A DNA stretch of 64,000 nucleotides from Bacteriovoracaceae bacterium (GCA_965217035.1 OZ244226.1:372001-436000); one strand, 5' to 3'. Counted from the stretch's first letter, positions 48,725-58,283 are shown. A program made the numbers and translations. Notes: generated by a model not told the origin, from the letters alone.

Positions 48725-49612
48725 TTAATCAATATCAAAGGTTTTATTCATACTTTGAAGACGTTTAGAAAGAGCTTGATAAAAACGGTAACGACCAAGA
48801 ACATATCTCAAAAGCAATTTATCAAAAATTTTAATAATCCTAAAACCAACTGTAAAAAACAACAATACTCCGCCAAGAACATAAACGACATACATCGTTC
48901 CTTCTGGATTATCTTTAAAAATTAAATTCTCAGTATTCATACCAAAAAAACCAACAATAAGATTTAATGGTAAAAAAGCTCCTGAAATAAGTGTCAGAAG
49001 ATAGATATTTTTATTTAGTTTATCATTTTTAACTGAACTATAGTAATGGTGAATCGTTTCAAGCTTTGAAATTAAGCCATTGGTTTGGCTTAAATTGAAT
49101 TGCATTTGCTCGAGAGCTCCCTCAAATGAATCGATCAATTTTGAGCTATACTCCTTCCAATAATTTCGAAGTATGGGAATAAGTCTACTGTAATATCTCT
49201 CAATCTTTAAAATACTCTTTTTAATGTCAAACCACATATCCATAAAATGACGAGGAACTTGCCTGTCATAGACATAATCTTCAAGGAGGTCGATTTGTTC
49301 AGAATAAATTTTAAGAATCTCATTATTCTTTTCTAGAATCCATTCTATTTGGTCTAACAGTTCATCATGGCCATTTCCTAACAAGATACAAGCTGAATCT
49401 CCTGAAGAACAATGATAAACCTTATCATCTTGTAAAATAAAATTCTGTGATTTCGTCCTTAAAGATTCATGATCAATCTCCAAACCTCTCAAAGTCAGGA
49501 TATCAGCAGATTCAGCTTTATGATATCGAGAGATATGATCTTCGACTTCAAATTCACTTGCGTAGTTCTCAAAATCATCTTGAGATAGGATTTCAGAAAT
49601 CTTAGCTTTCAT
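48725..49612 (-). CDS. corA: CorA-family divalent cation transporter
   Basis: FLPLNLIVGFFGMN. Confidence 0.9.
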   Translation of the reverse strand: MKAKISEILSQDDFENYASEFEVEDHISRYHKAESADILTLRGLEIDHESLRTKSQNFILQDDKVYHCSSGDSACILLGNGHDELLDQIEWILEKNNEILKIYSEQIDLLEDYVYDRQVPRHFMDMWFDIKKSILKIERYYSRLIPILRNYWKEYSSKLIDSFEGALEQMQFNLSQTNGLISKLETIHHYYSSVKNDKLNKNIYLLTLISGAFLPLNLIVGFFGMNTENLIFKDNPEGTMYVVYVLGGVLLFFTVGFRIIKIFDKLLLRYVLGRYRFYQALSKRLQSMNKTFDID

Positions 49613-50468
49613 TGATAATGCTTTCCACTTTGTTATCTTCCATGAACTTTATATAACTTCTTAATAACTCTTGTTCAATTCTTGCAACTTCTGAGTTAAT
49701 CACTGGCATTTTTAGAAGAACGTTAATTTCATCCTTTTCATCAAGCACTACTTTTGAACGAGGCTCAATTGAAGGGATATCAAGTCCTTCACGTTCACAG
49801 AAACGACTAATATACTTTTTAGCTTTTTCTAAGTAGTTCGAACAAATCTCATTAGATTTTGATAAAATAAAATTTTCTAAAACCGTTAGTTTAAATTCTT
49901 TAGGAAGTCTAAAAGAAAAAGAGTTAATTGAATAACCTTGAAAGTAAGACTCATTTTTAAGACTCTTTGTTAAGAACAGACTATTAGGAATTGTTATAAT
50001 ACTACCAGTTGTTTGTTGAGAGTTTTTCTCTGGGCCGATTTCAAGGATTTTAGTCGCTGTAAGATTTCTTTCTGTTATATATCCCCTTAATCCATCGACC
50101 TCTATCCGATCTCCATTTTTAAATGATTTGTTAACAAAGACGAGAATCCCCCCTGTTATACACATAATGATCTCTTTGGTCGCTAAAACGAGAGCGGCGG
50201 CTACCGCAAGCATTGAAACAAAGAGGGCTTGAATTTGCGAAAACCAAAGTAAAAGAACGAGAAACAAGAGAAAAATATTAGAATAAAGGTTAATTCTTCT
50301 TTGAATTGCGACTTTGTCTGACTTATTAAGATCTTTTCTTTGATTAACCTTACGTTTGACAAAGAATCTAACCAAAATAAAACAGAGTATCACGGCAATC
50401 GTTGCCAAGATCTCTTTTAAATAAGAGTATTTTTCAAAAAAACTTCCTAGGGTTTCAATATCAATCAT
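49602..50468 (-). CDS. mscS: MscS-family mechanosensitive channel
   Basis: TMs, FKNGDRIEVDG, ITIPNS. Confidence 0.88.
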   Translation of the reverse strand: MIDIETLGSFFEKYSYLKEILATIAVILCFILVRFFVKRKVNQRKDLNKSDKVAIQRRINLYSNIFLLFLVLLLWFSQIQALFVSMLAVAAALVLATKEIIMCITGGILVFVNKSFKNGDRIEVDGLRGYITERNLTATKILEIGPEKNSQQTTGSIITIPNSLFLTKSLKNESYFQGYSINSFSFRLPKEFKLTVLENFILSKSNEICSNYLEKAKKYISRFCEREGLDIPSIEPRSKVVLDEKDEINVLLKMPVINSEVARIEQELLRSYIKFMEDNKVESIINES

Positions 50469-51289
50469 TATTTATTTGTTTTTGCTAACTTTTTATATCT
50501 CTCTAACATTTTAACAATAGATCCTGGAATATTATCACCAGAAGATCCGGTATAACTTGCTCTAATGTCTTCCTCCATTATCTTATAGCCTTTCCATGCA
50601 GTCGGAGTATTTGGAAATCGCTGAATTAACTCTTTAAAATAAAAGTTCCATCCTGCAAAACTATAATCCCCAATCACTCTCCCTCTAATATCACCAAGCA
50701 TAAAAAGAACATCGGGTATTCTTGCTCCTTTATCATTTTCTTGAAGATATTTTTGAAGATACTTTGATGCAATCGTTAAGCGCATTCGCCCTTCAGGATC
50801 ACGACGATATTCCTGAACAGCAACTCCATTCTCATAATATTTTTCTGCGACTTTAAAGATTTCATCAAATGAAGCTCCCTCTACTGGATATTCTTGTTGT
50901 TTATTCCATTCCGAAACTGCGTAGATCCACTCTTCTAAGGTATCCATCTGAGCTTCCGTAAGGCTTTCGTCTTTTTCATATTTTTTAAAAAGCTTCAAAA
51001 CCTTTTCAGGAGTCTTCTCTGTTCGGAGGTAAATCCTCCCTAAATAATCGAGTGCCTCGAAAACATTATCTCGATTCTTCTTATTCTCATAATTCGTAAG
51101 ATATCTTACAAGAAGCTTCTCAGCTTCAATATAATTTCTTCTCCAGTACTCTCTCTCTCCTGTCTGAAAGATAGAGACTCCAACCACAGCCGCTTCATTA
51201 CGATCCATGCCGTTAAACTTATAACCAGCTGAAAAAAATAAAACTGCAGAGAAAGAAAAGACAACAAAAAGCTTTATAAATTGATTCAT
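50468..51289 (-). CDS. Secreted TPR-like protein
   Basis: Signal/anchor; helical repeats ALDYLGRIY, VLFMLGDI, LIQRFPNT. Confidence 0.7.
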   Translation of the reverse strand: MNQFIKLFVVFSFSAVLFFSAGYKFNGMDRNEAAVVGVSIFQTGEREYWRRNYIEAEKLLVRYLTNYENKKNRDNVFEALDYLGRIYLRTEKTPEKVLKLFKKYEKDESLTEAQMDTLEEWIYAVSEWNKQQEYPVEGASFDEIFKVAEKYYENGVAVQEYRRDPEGRMRLTIASKYLQKYLQENDKGARIPDVLFMLGDIRGRVIGDYSFAGWNFYFKELIQRFPNTPTAWKGYKIMEEDIRASYTGSSGDNIPGSIVKMLERYKKLAKTNK

Positions 51290-51364
51290 AAGATTCCTTT
51301 CCTGAATTATGGCATTTTCACGCTGGAAAAGCAGTAAATAATAATCACTTTAAACTAATTCTTG

Positions 51365-52240
51365 TCATCTTTTTTTGAGGAGCTTATACCCTAATCCCTT
51401 ATAAGTACTTTTCACTATTCCCCATACTGATGTCTTCAACTCCAAAACCTCTCCTAAAGCAACGATATTTTTATTTATTTGAAACTGACTTGCAGCAACC
51501 TCTGGAACAATAGAAAAAGCGAGTCCTTTTTCAACAACTAAACGATGAAGATCGACATCATCAGCCTCACCAATCATGGCAGGATTAAGACCATTTTGAG
51601 AAAAATACATATCAACTTCATAACGAAAAAATGAATCTTTCTGATAAGCAAAATAAGGAAGAGCATTAAGTCCTTCGGGAAATTTCTTCATTTTCTTTTT
51701 TAATTTTTTATCAGCTACAGCGTACGTTTTATTCTCTCCAATTTTATATGAGTCAAGCTTGTTATTTCCTAATTCTTTTTCGCTAGTGAATAAGATATCT
51801 ATTTCTCCTCTCTCGAGTTCTGCTAGGAGGTGATGCCTTTCCCCTTCTTTTACATTGATTGCAATATCTTCATGTCCAAATAATGGAAGAATAGTATCAT
51901 AGAGAAAAAACTGGGACATCTTGTAGGTAATTCCGATATCAAGTGAACGTTTAGGCAAATCGATCTTATCTCGAATCCTGGCTGTTAAGTCATATGAAAG
52001 ATTAAAAATTTTTTCTGCATATTCGAGTGTAAACTCTCCATCACGATTTAAAATCAAAGATCTATTTTTACGATCAAATAGCTTTGTTGTTAAAAACTCT
52101 TCAAGAAGCTTAATTTGATCACTTATCGTAGGCTGGGTGACATGGAGTTTCTCCGAAGCTTCTTTAATAGATCCTGTCTTGGCGACGATGTAAAAATAGT
52201 AAAGATGATTTAAATTTAATCTGTCCATAGTCTTATTCAA
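51365..52240 (-). CDS. LysR-family regulator, NhaR-like
   Basis: LNLNHLYYF, TQPTISDQIKLLE, GEADD. Confidence 0.9.
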   Translation of the reverse strand: MNKTMDRLNLNHLYYFYIVAKTGSIKEASEKLHVTQPTISDQIKLLEEFLTTKLFDRKNRSLILNRDGEFTLEYAEKIFNLSYDLTARIRDKIDLPKRSLDIGITYKMSQFFLYDTILPLFGHEDIAINVKEGERHHLLAELERGEIDILFTSEKELGNNKLDSYKIGENKTYAVADKKLKKKMKKFPEGLNALPYFAYQKDSFFRYEVDMYFSQNGLNPAMIGEADDVDLHRLVVEKGLAFSIVPEVAASQFQINKNIVALGEVLELKTSVWGIVKSTYKGLGYKLLKKR

Positions 52241-52327
52241 TTAGCTTTAAACTAACTAAGCAAGCAAAAAAAACGATTATTATTAATTTTAAATAAGCCG
52301 TAACATAGTGCTGTAAACCAATTCCAT

Positions 52328-52612
52328 ATGGAGGAATTTATGGAAAAAAAGACATTTATGGCCCTTTCTCTCTTTTCAGTCCTGCTTTTTGCTTTCATTT
52401 CTCTTCAAGGAAATGCTTCAGAGGACAATATTTATGATTCCACCCCAGAGATAAAGAAAATTAGAACCTGTAAAACAGGAAAAACACTCTTCAAGTGTGA
52501 TTCTATAGAGGGAACTAAACGGGAGTTTTTTTGCTCTAAAAACAAAAAGCTTAGTCCTAAGAAAATAGCTAAAAAATGTCTTAAGGCTAAGAGAAGAAAA
52601 GTTAGATCTTAA
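52328..52612 (+). CDS. Small secreted Cys-containing basic protein
   Basis: Signal peptide, 4 Cys, Lys/Arg tail. Confidence 0.7.
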   Translation: MEEFMEKKTFMALSLFSVLLFAFISLQGNASEDNIYDSTPEIKKIRTCKTGKTLFKCDSIEGTKREFFCSKNKKLSPKKIAKKCLKAKRRKVRS

Positions 52613-52637
52613 CTTAATACAACTCAAGGAGTTTTAA

Positions 52638-52814
52638 ATGAAATTATTAATATTAGTAACTTTTTTATCAGCTCTATCACTTTCTGGTTTAGCTAATGAT
52701 CTCGAAGCTGAAAGCATTCTGGACATCGGAACAGATGAAACCGTTTTAATCGACGACTCTGATTCTCCCTCAGATGATATTGCAAGCACCTCAGACGATT
52801 CTGAAGAGATTTAA
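52638..52814 (+). CDS. 58-aa secreted acidic peptide (below ORF-track cutoff)
   Basis: AAGGAG RBS; MKLLILVTFLSALSLSGLANDLEAESILDIGTDETVLIDDSDSPSDDIASTSDDSEEI; followed by terminator. Confidence 0.8.
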   Translation: MKLLILVTFLSALSLSGLANDLEAESILDIGTDETVLIDDSDSPSDDIASTSDDSEEI

Positions 52815-52827
52815 TCTCAAATTCTTC

Positions 52828-52853
52828 AGGGGCCGTGTTCTACGGCCCTTTAT
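52828..52853 (+). terminator. Rho-independent terminator
   Basis: GGGCCGT-GTTCT-ACGGCCC followed by TTTAT. Confidence 0.75.
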
Positions 52854-52919
52854 TCTCATAGATATTTTATAATTTTACTGAGAAAATGATGCCAATCGAC
52901 CAAAAAAGAGTAGAAGATC

Positions 52920-53350
52920 ATGGCAAAAGCTAATATAAAAAAATTAAGTCAGAGGAAAATAAAAGGCTTCGAATTCTCTGAAGGAAAGATCATTTCAAAT
53001 AAGTACAAAATCATAAGGCAACTTGGTAAAGGCTAGGAGGGTGAAGTTTACAAGGTTGAAGAAATTTCGACAGGTATTCCCAGAGCTGCAATTTTTTTTA
53101 AACTTCATAGGAATTTAAAAAATAAATCGGCAAAGCTCTATGCAAAAAAGCTTTATAAACGAGGATTGAACACTCTCCGCTCGAGCATGGAATAAGAGGT
53201 CTTATGAATGAAAAAGATTTTATTAGTTGGGCGACTACTGAGGATTTTCAAGGTAGAGTCCAGAGTATTATCAGTAATTTTGAAAGTGGAGAACAAGATA
53301 TTCAAGATGACAGCTCTTTAATTTTTTATAAATATTCTAATTCTAAATAA
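52920..53350 (+). pseudogene. Ser/Thr kinase N-terminal fragment joined to an unrelated C-terminal fragment
   Basis: KYKIIRQLGKG*EGEVYKV with TAG at 53034; truncated near 53160; then a different frame ...QDDSSLIF ending 53350. Confidence 0.7.
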
Positions 53351-53369
53351 TGATTTTCTAGGAGGAAAA

Positions 53370-53828
53370 ATGAAAAACTTATTATTTTTATCGTCATTTA
53401 TGATCTTAATTTCATGTGCTTCGAATTCAGAAATCCAACAAAGAAGCGAAAAGCATTCATTTGCAACACATCAGGCATTAAAACAAAAGGTTGCTGCAGT
53501 TATAGATGCTCATAATGAGTTTAATGATAAACAAAAATCCGATTTAAAAAAAATCTTCAATAGCGGTCTTGAGATGAGCCAAAAACTGAAAATACAAGAA
53601 TCAAAGCTAACCCAAGAGATGATGGAATCTGTTCTTGTTGGCAACAAGAAAAGTGACCTTGATAAGTTTCGTAAAGAATTTCGTAAAGTCTATAAATTAA
53701 AAATGAAAAATATCAATGACACTTCTAATAAAATAAAAGGAATCATTAATCCGCAATATAGACAGGCCATCATCCAGGAATTTATCGGTATCAGATCAGA
53801 GAACTTTGATCGAGCTTCAAGACTATAA
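53370..53828 (+). CDS. Helical lipoprotein (loosely Spy/CpxP-like)
   Basis: AGGAGG RBS, lipobox LISC. Confidence 0.75.
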   Translation: MKNLLFLSSFMILISCASNSEIQQRSEKHSFATHQALKQKVAAVIDAHNEFNDKQKSDLKKIFNSGLEMSQKLKIQESKLTQEMMESVLVGNKKSDLDKFRKEFRKVYKLKMKNINDTSNKIKGIINPQYRQAIIQEFIGIRSENFDRASRL

Positions 53829-53854
53829 GAGCTGATTTTATCTCTAAAACAAGT

Positions 53855-53887
53855 ATTGCCCGCGGTATATTCGTGGGCAATTATTTG
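53855..53887 (+). terminator. Putative terminator
   Basis: ATTGCCCGCG-GTATATT-CGTGGGCAAT then T-rich. Confidence 0.65.
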
Positions 53888-54046
53888 TTAATTCAATAAA
53901 CTATTTTTAGCACCTTCCATTTGTAAAAAAATTGTAAAAAATTTTTGATAACAATTCTTGACACTCATTTTTATGATATTATCTTTTTTGTGATGATGAA
54001 GAATTTAACTTTTTTCAATAATTTACCTACGAAGTTTGAGTTGTTG

Positions 54047-54387
54047 ATGAAGGAAGAGCTTTTTATTATCTTATCTCTTTTCTTCGGCCTCAAGCTTCAA
54101 CCTGTTTATCAAAATGAAGCAAGGAGGTTCCATGACGTCTATTCCCGACACATTTAATCCCTCTTTTTTTGAGAACATTACGATTCAAGAAAGGAGAAAT
54201 CATCTAGGGCACATTAAAAGTTTCAGGATTAGGTGTCAGCTTTAAAGCCCAATTTGAAGCAGAAGACCCTTGGGAGATCTACCAATAAATCGAAAGAAAG
54301 ATTGATGAACAAATCGCCAAGTGGAAGAAAAATCGCTTTTCAATTCACCCTATTGAGCCGAATAACCGGTTCAACTTCAACGTATAA
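54047..54387 (+). pseudogene. Degraded small gene, possibly HPF-like
   Basis: Frame ending 54387 reads GTLKVSGLGVSFKAQFEAEDPWEIYQ*IERKIDEQIAKWKKNRF with TAA at 54286 and upstream frameshift(s). Confidence 0.5.
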
Positions 54388-54403
54388 CAGAGAGGTTTAC
54401 CTT

Positions 54404-54817
54404 ATGAGGAATTTTTGGAATGAACCTAACAGTCCAATGCCAGTTGAGCGAAAAAGCCAAACTGTCGTTGGAACCCTTGTCCCCATCGCTTGGGACCGAC
54501 GAGGAAAACCGATTAAGTTTTCTATTTATTCGGATGAAGGAGAAGATTTAATCGTTAAAGAGTACCACCATAAAAATCAGCTCAGGAATCTCAAGAACAG
54601 AAGAGTCCTTGCTGAAGGAGTTCTCTATTCCAATCGCCGAGGCGATAAATTTATTAAACTAAAAAAAATAGAAGAAATTTTAGGACCTAACTCTCCGTCT
54701 GAAAACATCCCCTATTCAATCTTCTCAGACCTATGGGAAGGTGAGTTTTCCCTCAACATCCCCAAAGAATACGCAAACTCTTTTCAATTGGAGACATCCC
54801 TAGACTTTGCATGTTAG
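54404..54817 (+). CDS. Hypothetical protein
   Basis: ATG 54404 after GAGG (ORF track extends to 54233); followed by hairpin GAGGAGT-GGTAT-ACTCCTC. Confidence 0.7.
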   Translation: MRNFWNEPNSPMPVERKSQTVVGTLVPIAWDRRGKPIKFSIYSDEGEDLIVKEYHHKNQLRNLKNRRVLAEGVLYSNRRGDKFIKLKKIEEILGPNSPSENIPYSIFSDLWEGEFSLNIPKEYANSFQLETSLDFAC

Positions 54818-55042
54818 CGGAGAGGACCAAGGAGGAGTGGTATACTCCTCCTCATTACTTTCTATTTAAAAGAGCAGAATAGAAGGATTAATCCCTATCG
54901 TCGTAGCGATCTCTTTTTGAGTGAAGCGTTTTGCTCTAAAAGGAAAAAGCTAACATTTTAAGTGCTAGCCTTTTCGCGTATATAGTAAATTTATTTTGAG
55001 TGATTTATTTGCAATTTCAGCTGCTATATCTATTGGTTTATT

Positions 55043-55897
55043 TTAAAACGAACAAAAAGTAACTCTAAAGCTCTTTCCTTCATAGTTCAAAGAACCCTTT
55101 TTAGTATTTTTGTTATAGTTGAATTGAAGAGAATGCACATACTTATCCTCAGCAACATCATAAAGACCACCAATTGAAATATAATTCCCAACCTGATAAG
55201 CAAAAATTTCTTTAGAACTAAAGTGATTTATTTTTCCATCGGAGTTTCTAATAATATTAAAACTTGTTTGAGAAGGTTTTGATTGGGCACTGTTTATATC
55301 AGCACCATCCTCAATACTTTCAATTTTGTTTAACCTATTTTTATTGAAGCTAACAAACGTTAATCCATCACTTAATTCACATATCGCAAAAGCGCCGCCA
55401 GAGGAGTACTTTAAACGAAGCGAGTAAGGTTCATTTGCTGCTATATCTTTAACTTTTAGCTCAATCATTTCTTCAGAGTTCTCATCATAGCGCACTAGAT
55501 TCAAGGGCTGTGAAAATTTAGACTCTTTTGTGTTAATGTACATTAGGTTTCGCCCTTTACGCTTACTCTCTTGAATAGTAATGAAGCCTAGAGAATCGAT
55601 GAAGTGACACTGGATTCCGGCTTCAACAGATTTACATGTACCTTCAGCATTGTACTCTTGTTCATCTCTAGAAGTCACTTCCATTTTTGCAACAGTAACA
55701 AGTTCGTTCCATTCTGAAACGACACTATAGATATCAAGTTTAACTTTTCGAATCGTTTGATCTTTATTTTTTTTCATATTGAGATGAGCATTGCTATAGG
55801 TTCTAGTTAGCGTTAGAACTTCTCCCAAATTTGGTAGTCGTACTTTGTCGGCTTTAGCATAAGAAATAATGGCCAGTAGAAACAATAAAATTTTCAT
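55043..55897 (-). CDS. Secreted hypothetical protein
   Basis: 284-aa ORF with signal peptide, GAGG RBS. Confidence 0.75.
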   Translation of the reverse strand: MKILLFLLAIISYAKADKVRLPNLGEVLTLTRTYSNAHLNMKKNKDQTIRKVKLDIYSVVSEWNELVTVAKMEVTSRDEQEYNAEGTCKSVEAGIQCHFIDSLGFITIQESKRKGRNLMYINTKESKFSQPLNLVRYDENSEEMIELKVKDIAANEPYSLRLKYSSGGAFAICELSDGLTFVSFNKNRLNKIESIEDGADINSAQSKPSQTSFNIIRNSDGKINHFSSKEIFAYQVGNYISIGGLYDVAEDKYVHSLQFNYNKNTKKGSLNYEGKSFRVTFCSF

Positions 55898-56198
55898 AAT
55901 TTAGTCCTCATAAGTAATAATTTTTTCATTTTATCTATATTAATTTTTATCTCTATAAAGTTAATCTTCTTAGAGTGCTTTATACTCTGAAACCATCAGC
56001 TTTAATATACTTGAGAAGATATATCTAATAGGACCAACACAATGTAAATGAATTTATTTTCACTTGACTCAGCGATTCTCGGAGATATCTGAAAGCAGTT
56101 TCTAGAAGGCTTTTCAATTTTTTATTTTCTTGAAGTTTTGATCACCTTACACTTCCAAAGCCTCCTTTAACATCAGGGATATCTTTTTAAGCTCTTCC

Positions 56199-56609
56199 TT
56201 ACAATTTGTAAGACTTTAAAAAATCGACTTCATCTGGAGTGATTTCAAAATCAATCGGGTTTCCATGCGAGTCGGCGGCAATATGAATTTTGCTTATATT
56301 TCCCCCTCTCGAGATACCAATAGCTCCCTCTTCTCCAATCCTAGTTCCACTCGCATGCTGGTGGGCTTTGACATAACTTCCGTCGATGAACACTCACTCT
56401 TCATCAACTTCGCCTCGTAGCAACCTTTTGACTTCATTGTTATTAAAATTTGATCCCACATCTCATCAGTTAGAACAGTTCTAAGCCTTTTTAACCATCA
56501 CTTTTTAAAGGTAAAAATTAAGAATGACTTGAGAACTTTAGAAGGCCTAGACGCAGGGCCGTAATTTGATAGATTCTAAGAGTTTAGAACGAAATGAGAA
56601 TACGCCCTA
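56199..56609 (-). pseudogene. IS5-family transposase remnant with one terminal repeat
   Basis: End TAGGGCGTATTCTCA; RTVLTDEMW; FIDGSYVKAHQHASG, SRGGNISKIH; internal deletion and TGA. Confidence 0.82.
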
Positions 56610-56673
56610 GCAATGATGTTAAGAGTGAACTCTCTTGATCGTCCTATTCAGAAAATATGAAAATACGAGATTT

Positions 56674-56823
56674 CTAATTAACAAGACTCTGTCCGCCTTC
56701 CCTGGAAAATGCATTATCCTCTAAAAATACAACACCATCTTTTGCGCTCTGTTGAGCTTTCTCTTGTGTACTAATTCTTTTTAGAATGATAAGTCCTGAA
56801 ATAATTGTCTTTAAATTTTTCAT
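56674..56823 (-). CDS. 49-aa small ORF (possibly a gene remnant)
   Basis: AAGGAG RBS; MKNLKTIISGLIILKR... Confidence 0.4.
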   Translation of the reverse strand: MKNLKTIISGLIILKRISTQEKAQQSAKDGVVFLEDNAFSREGGQSLVN

Positions 56824-56897
56824 TTTGTGTCTCCTTTATGAAAAAGTTAATAGAGAATAAACATAAAAACATCAGGGCAATCACGTCAAGAATCTTG

Positions 56898-56939
56898 TTG
56901 CTTTAATCGATGACTGTCTTGCTTTAACCGATGACTGTG
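56898..56939. repeat. Two tandem 21-bp direct repeats
   Basis: TTGCTTTAATCGATGACTGTC / TTGCTTTAACCGATGACTGTG. Confidence 0.9.
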
Positions 56940-57044
56940 TTGAAGAGCTTCAAGTTAAATTCTTTGATTGTCATCTTAAAAAAATATGATGATACAAAGT
57001 TTGAAGAATGAGGACTTCTTAAGCTTGAGTGTTTAGATGTAGGA

Positions 57045-58226
57045 TTAGGAAATAGCTAAAAGTGCCGCTTTCTCTCCGGATTTCATGGCCCCATCAATTG
57101 AAGGAGTTTCCATGAAATCTCCAGCAAAATACAGGCGCCCTTGATTATTTGATTTCTGTCCTTGAGAAAAAGTATCTGGTTGGGCGTAATGTATAGAATA
57201 AGTCTTGATGTGTTGCCAACTGTTTGTACTAAAAAGATTCCAATCTTCTACTTCCTTTTTAATCTCTTCAGGATCTACTAAATCAGTATCAAGTACGTTC
57301 ACTGAAATGAGTTGCTTGCCAGGTGGAGCATAAGAATTCTGAATATTGCTTAGAAGAGCAATATGATTCACTCTACCCACCCCGCTACCATTGAGAATGA
57401 GGTACTTACCACTAATTTCTTCACTAGACTCAAAATATATAGTGGTGACAACTCGCTTTTGATCTGGAACTTCAAAATCAGGCATCAACTTTTTTAAAGC
57501 TGGAGCCTGAAGTGCAAAGATCACTTTTTCAAACTCTCTAGTCTCTCCATTAATCTTTAGAATCACAGAGCTTTCTGTGCAATTCACTTCTCCAACTTTT
57601 GCATTAAATTTAATTTTATCTTGAAAATTCTTTGCCAATTGATCAACAAATCCTTGCATTCCTTTTTCGGGTAGAGTCGCTAATCCTTTAGAGAATCGCT
57701 CATAAAGAAATAAGAAATAATTGCTAGGAGTTCTTAATTCTTTTTCCAAAAATACACCTGAAAAGAAAGGACTAAAAAAAGACTGAATTATCTTTTCACT
57801 AAAACCTTTGTTTTTGAGATAAGTTTTGGTTGGTTTAAAATTTCCATTACGCTTTCCACGTAAAGATAAAATTCTTAGCTTATCAGTAAGAGTTCCTACT
57901 GAGGCAAATAAAGTAGATAAAAACCTTCCAGGTCTACGAAAAGGATCGCTAATGGTCACAGACTTTCCCGAAGCCTGATAAATAATAGCCCCTGGTTCAA
58001 ACTCACCGAGATTCAGATTGCTTAAATTTACATGTTTTTGAACTTGCTCATAGGAATTAAGTAAAACTTGAAAACCATGATCAAGAAGAAATCCATTAAC
58101 TTCATCTGTTTTCACTCGACCGCCCAAGCGATCAGAAGATTCAAAAACGATGAAGTCTTCACCATTTTCTTCTAAAACTTTAGCGGCTGTAAGACCACTT
58201 AAGCCAGCACCAATAATTGCAATCAT
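57045..58226 (-). CDS. FAD-dependent oxidoreductase (amine oxidase / protoporphyrinogen oxidase-like)
   Basis: IIGAGLSGL, GGRVKTD, LDHGFQV, AGD...SIDGAMKSG. Confidence 0.88.
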   Translation of the reverse strand: MIAIIGAGLSGLTAAKVLEENGEDFIVFESSDRLGGRVKTDEVNGFLLDHGFQVLLNSYEQVQKHVNLSNLNLGEFEPGAIIYQASGKSVTISDPFRRPGRFLSTLFASVGTLTDKLRILSLRGKRNGNFKPTKTYLKNKGFSEKIIQSFFSPFFSGVFLEKELRTPSNYFLFLYERFSKGLATLPEKGMQGFVDQLAKNFQDKIKFNAKVGEVNCTESSVILKINGETREFEKVIFALQAPALKKLMPDFEVPDQKRVVTTIYFESSEEISGKYLILNGSGVGRVNHIALLSNIQNSYAPPGKQLISVNVLDTDLVDPEEIKKEVEDWNLFSTNSWQHIKTYSIHYAQPDTFSQGQKSNNQGRLYFAGDFMETPSIDGAMKSGEKAALLAIS

Positions 58227-58283
58227 CTGTCTATCATATATCTTGCTTTTCTATTCGACCAGAACTGATTCTTAGACTATGGT

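Larger units (their letters stand above)
25416..56609. mobile_element. Putative tRNA-anchored genomic island (boundaries approximate)
   Basis: Starts at tRNA 3' end; IS1634, IS3 and IS5 elements/remnants, pseudogenes, accessory genes, visibly AT-richer; no integrase or attR seen. Confidence 0.55.

Noticed and set aside
29050..53036. Possible TAG recoding (in-frame TAG at Trp positions in the IS3 and kinase remnants)
   Set aside because: TAG terminates intact genes (e.g. 9013, 20873); both cases lie in otherwise broken genes
53945..54157. 70-aa ORF from the track
   Set aside because: TTG start without RBS; likely part of the degraded gene
54185..54310. Glycine riboswitch (GGAGA...TCAGG)
   Set aside because: No CCGAAG or supporting stems; better explained as a decayed CDS
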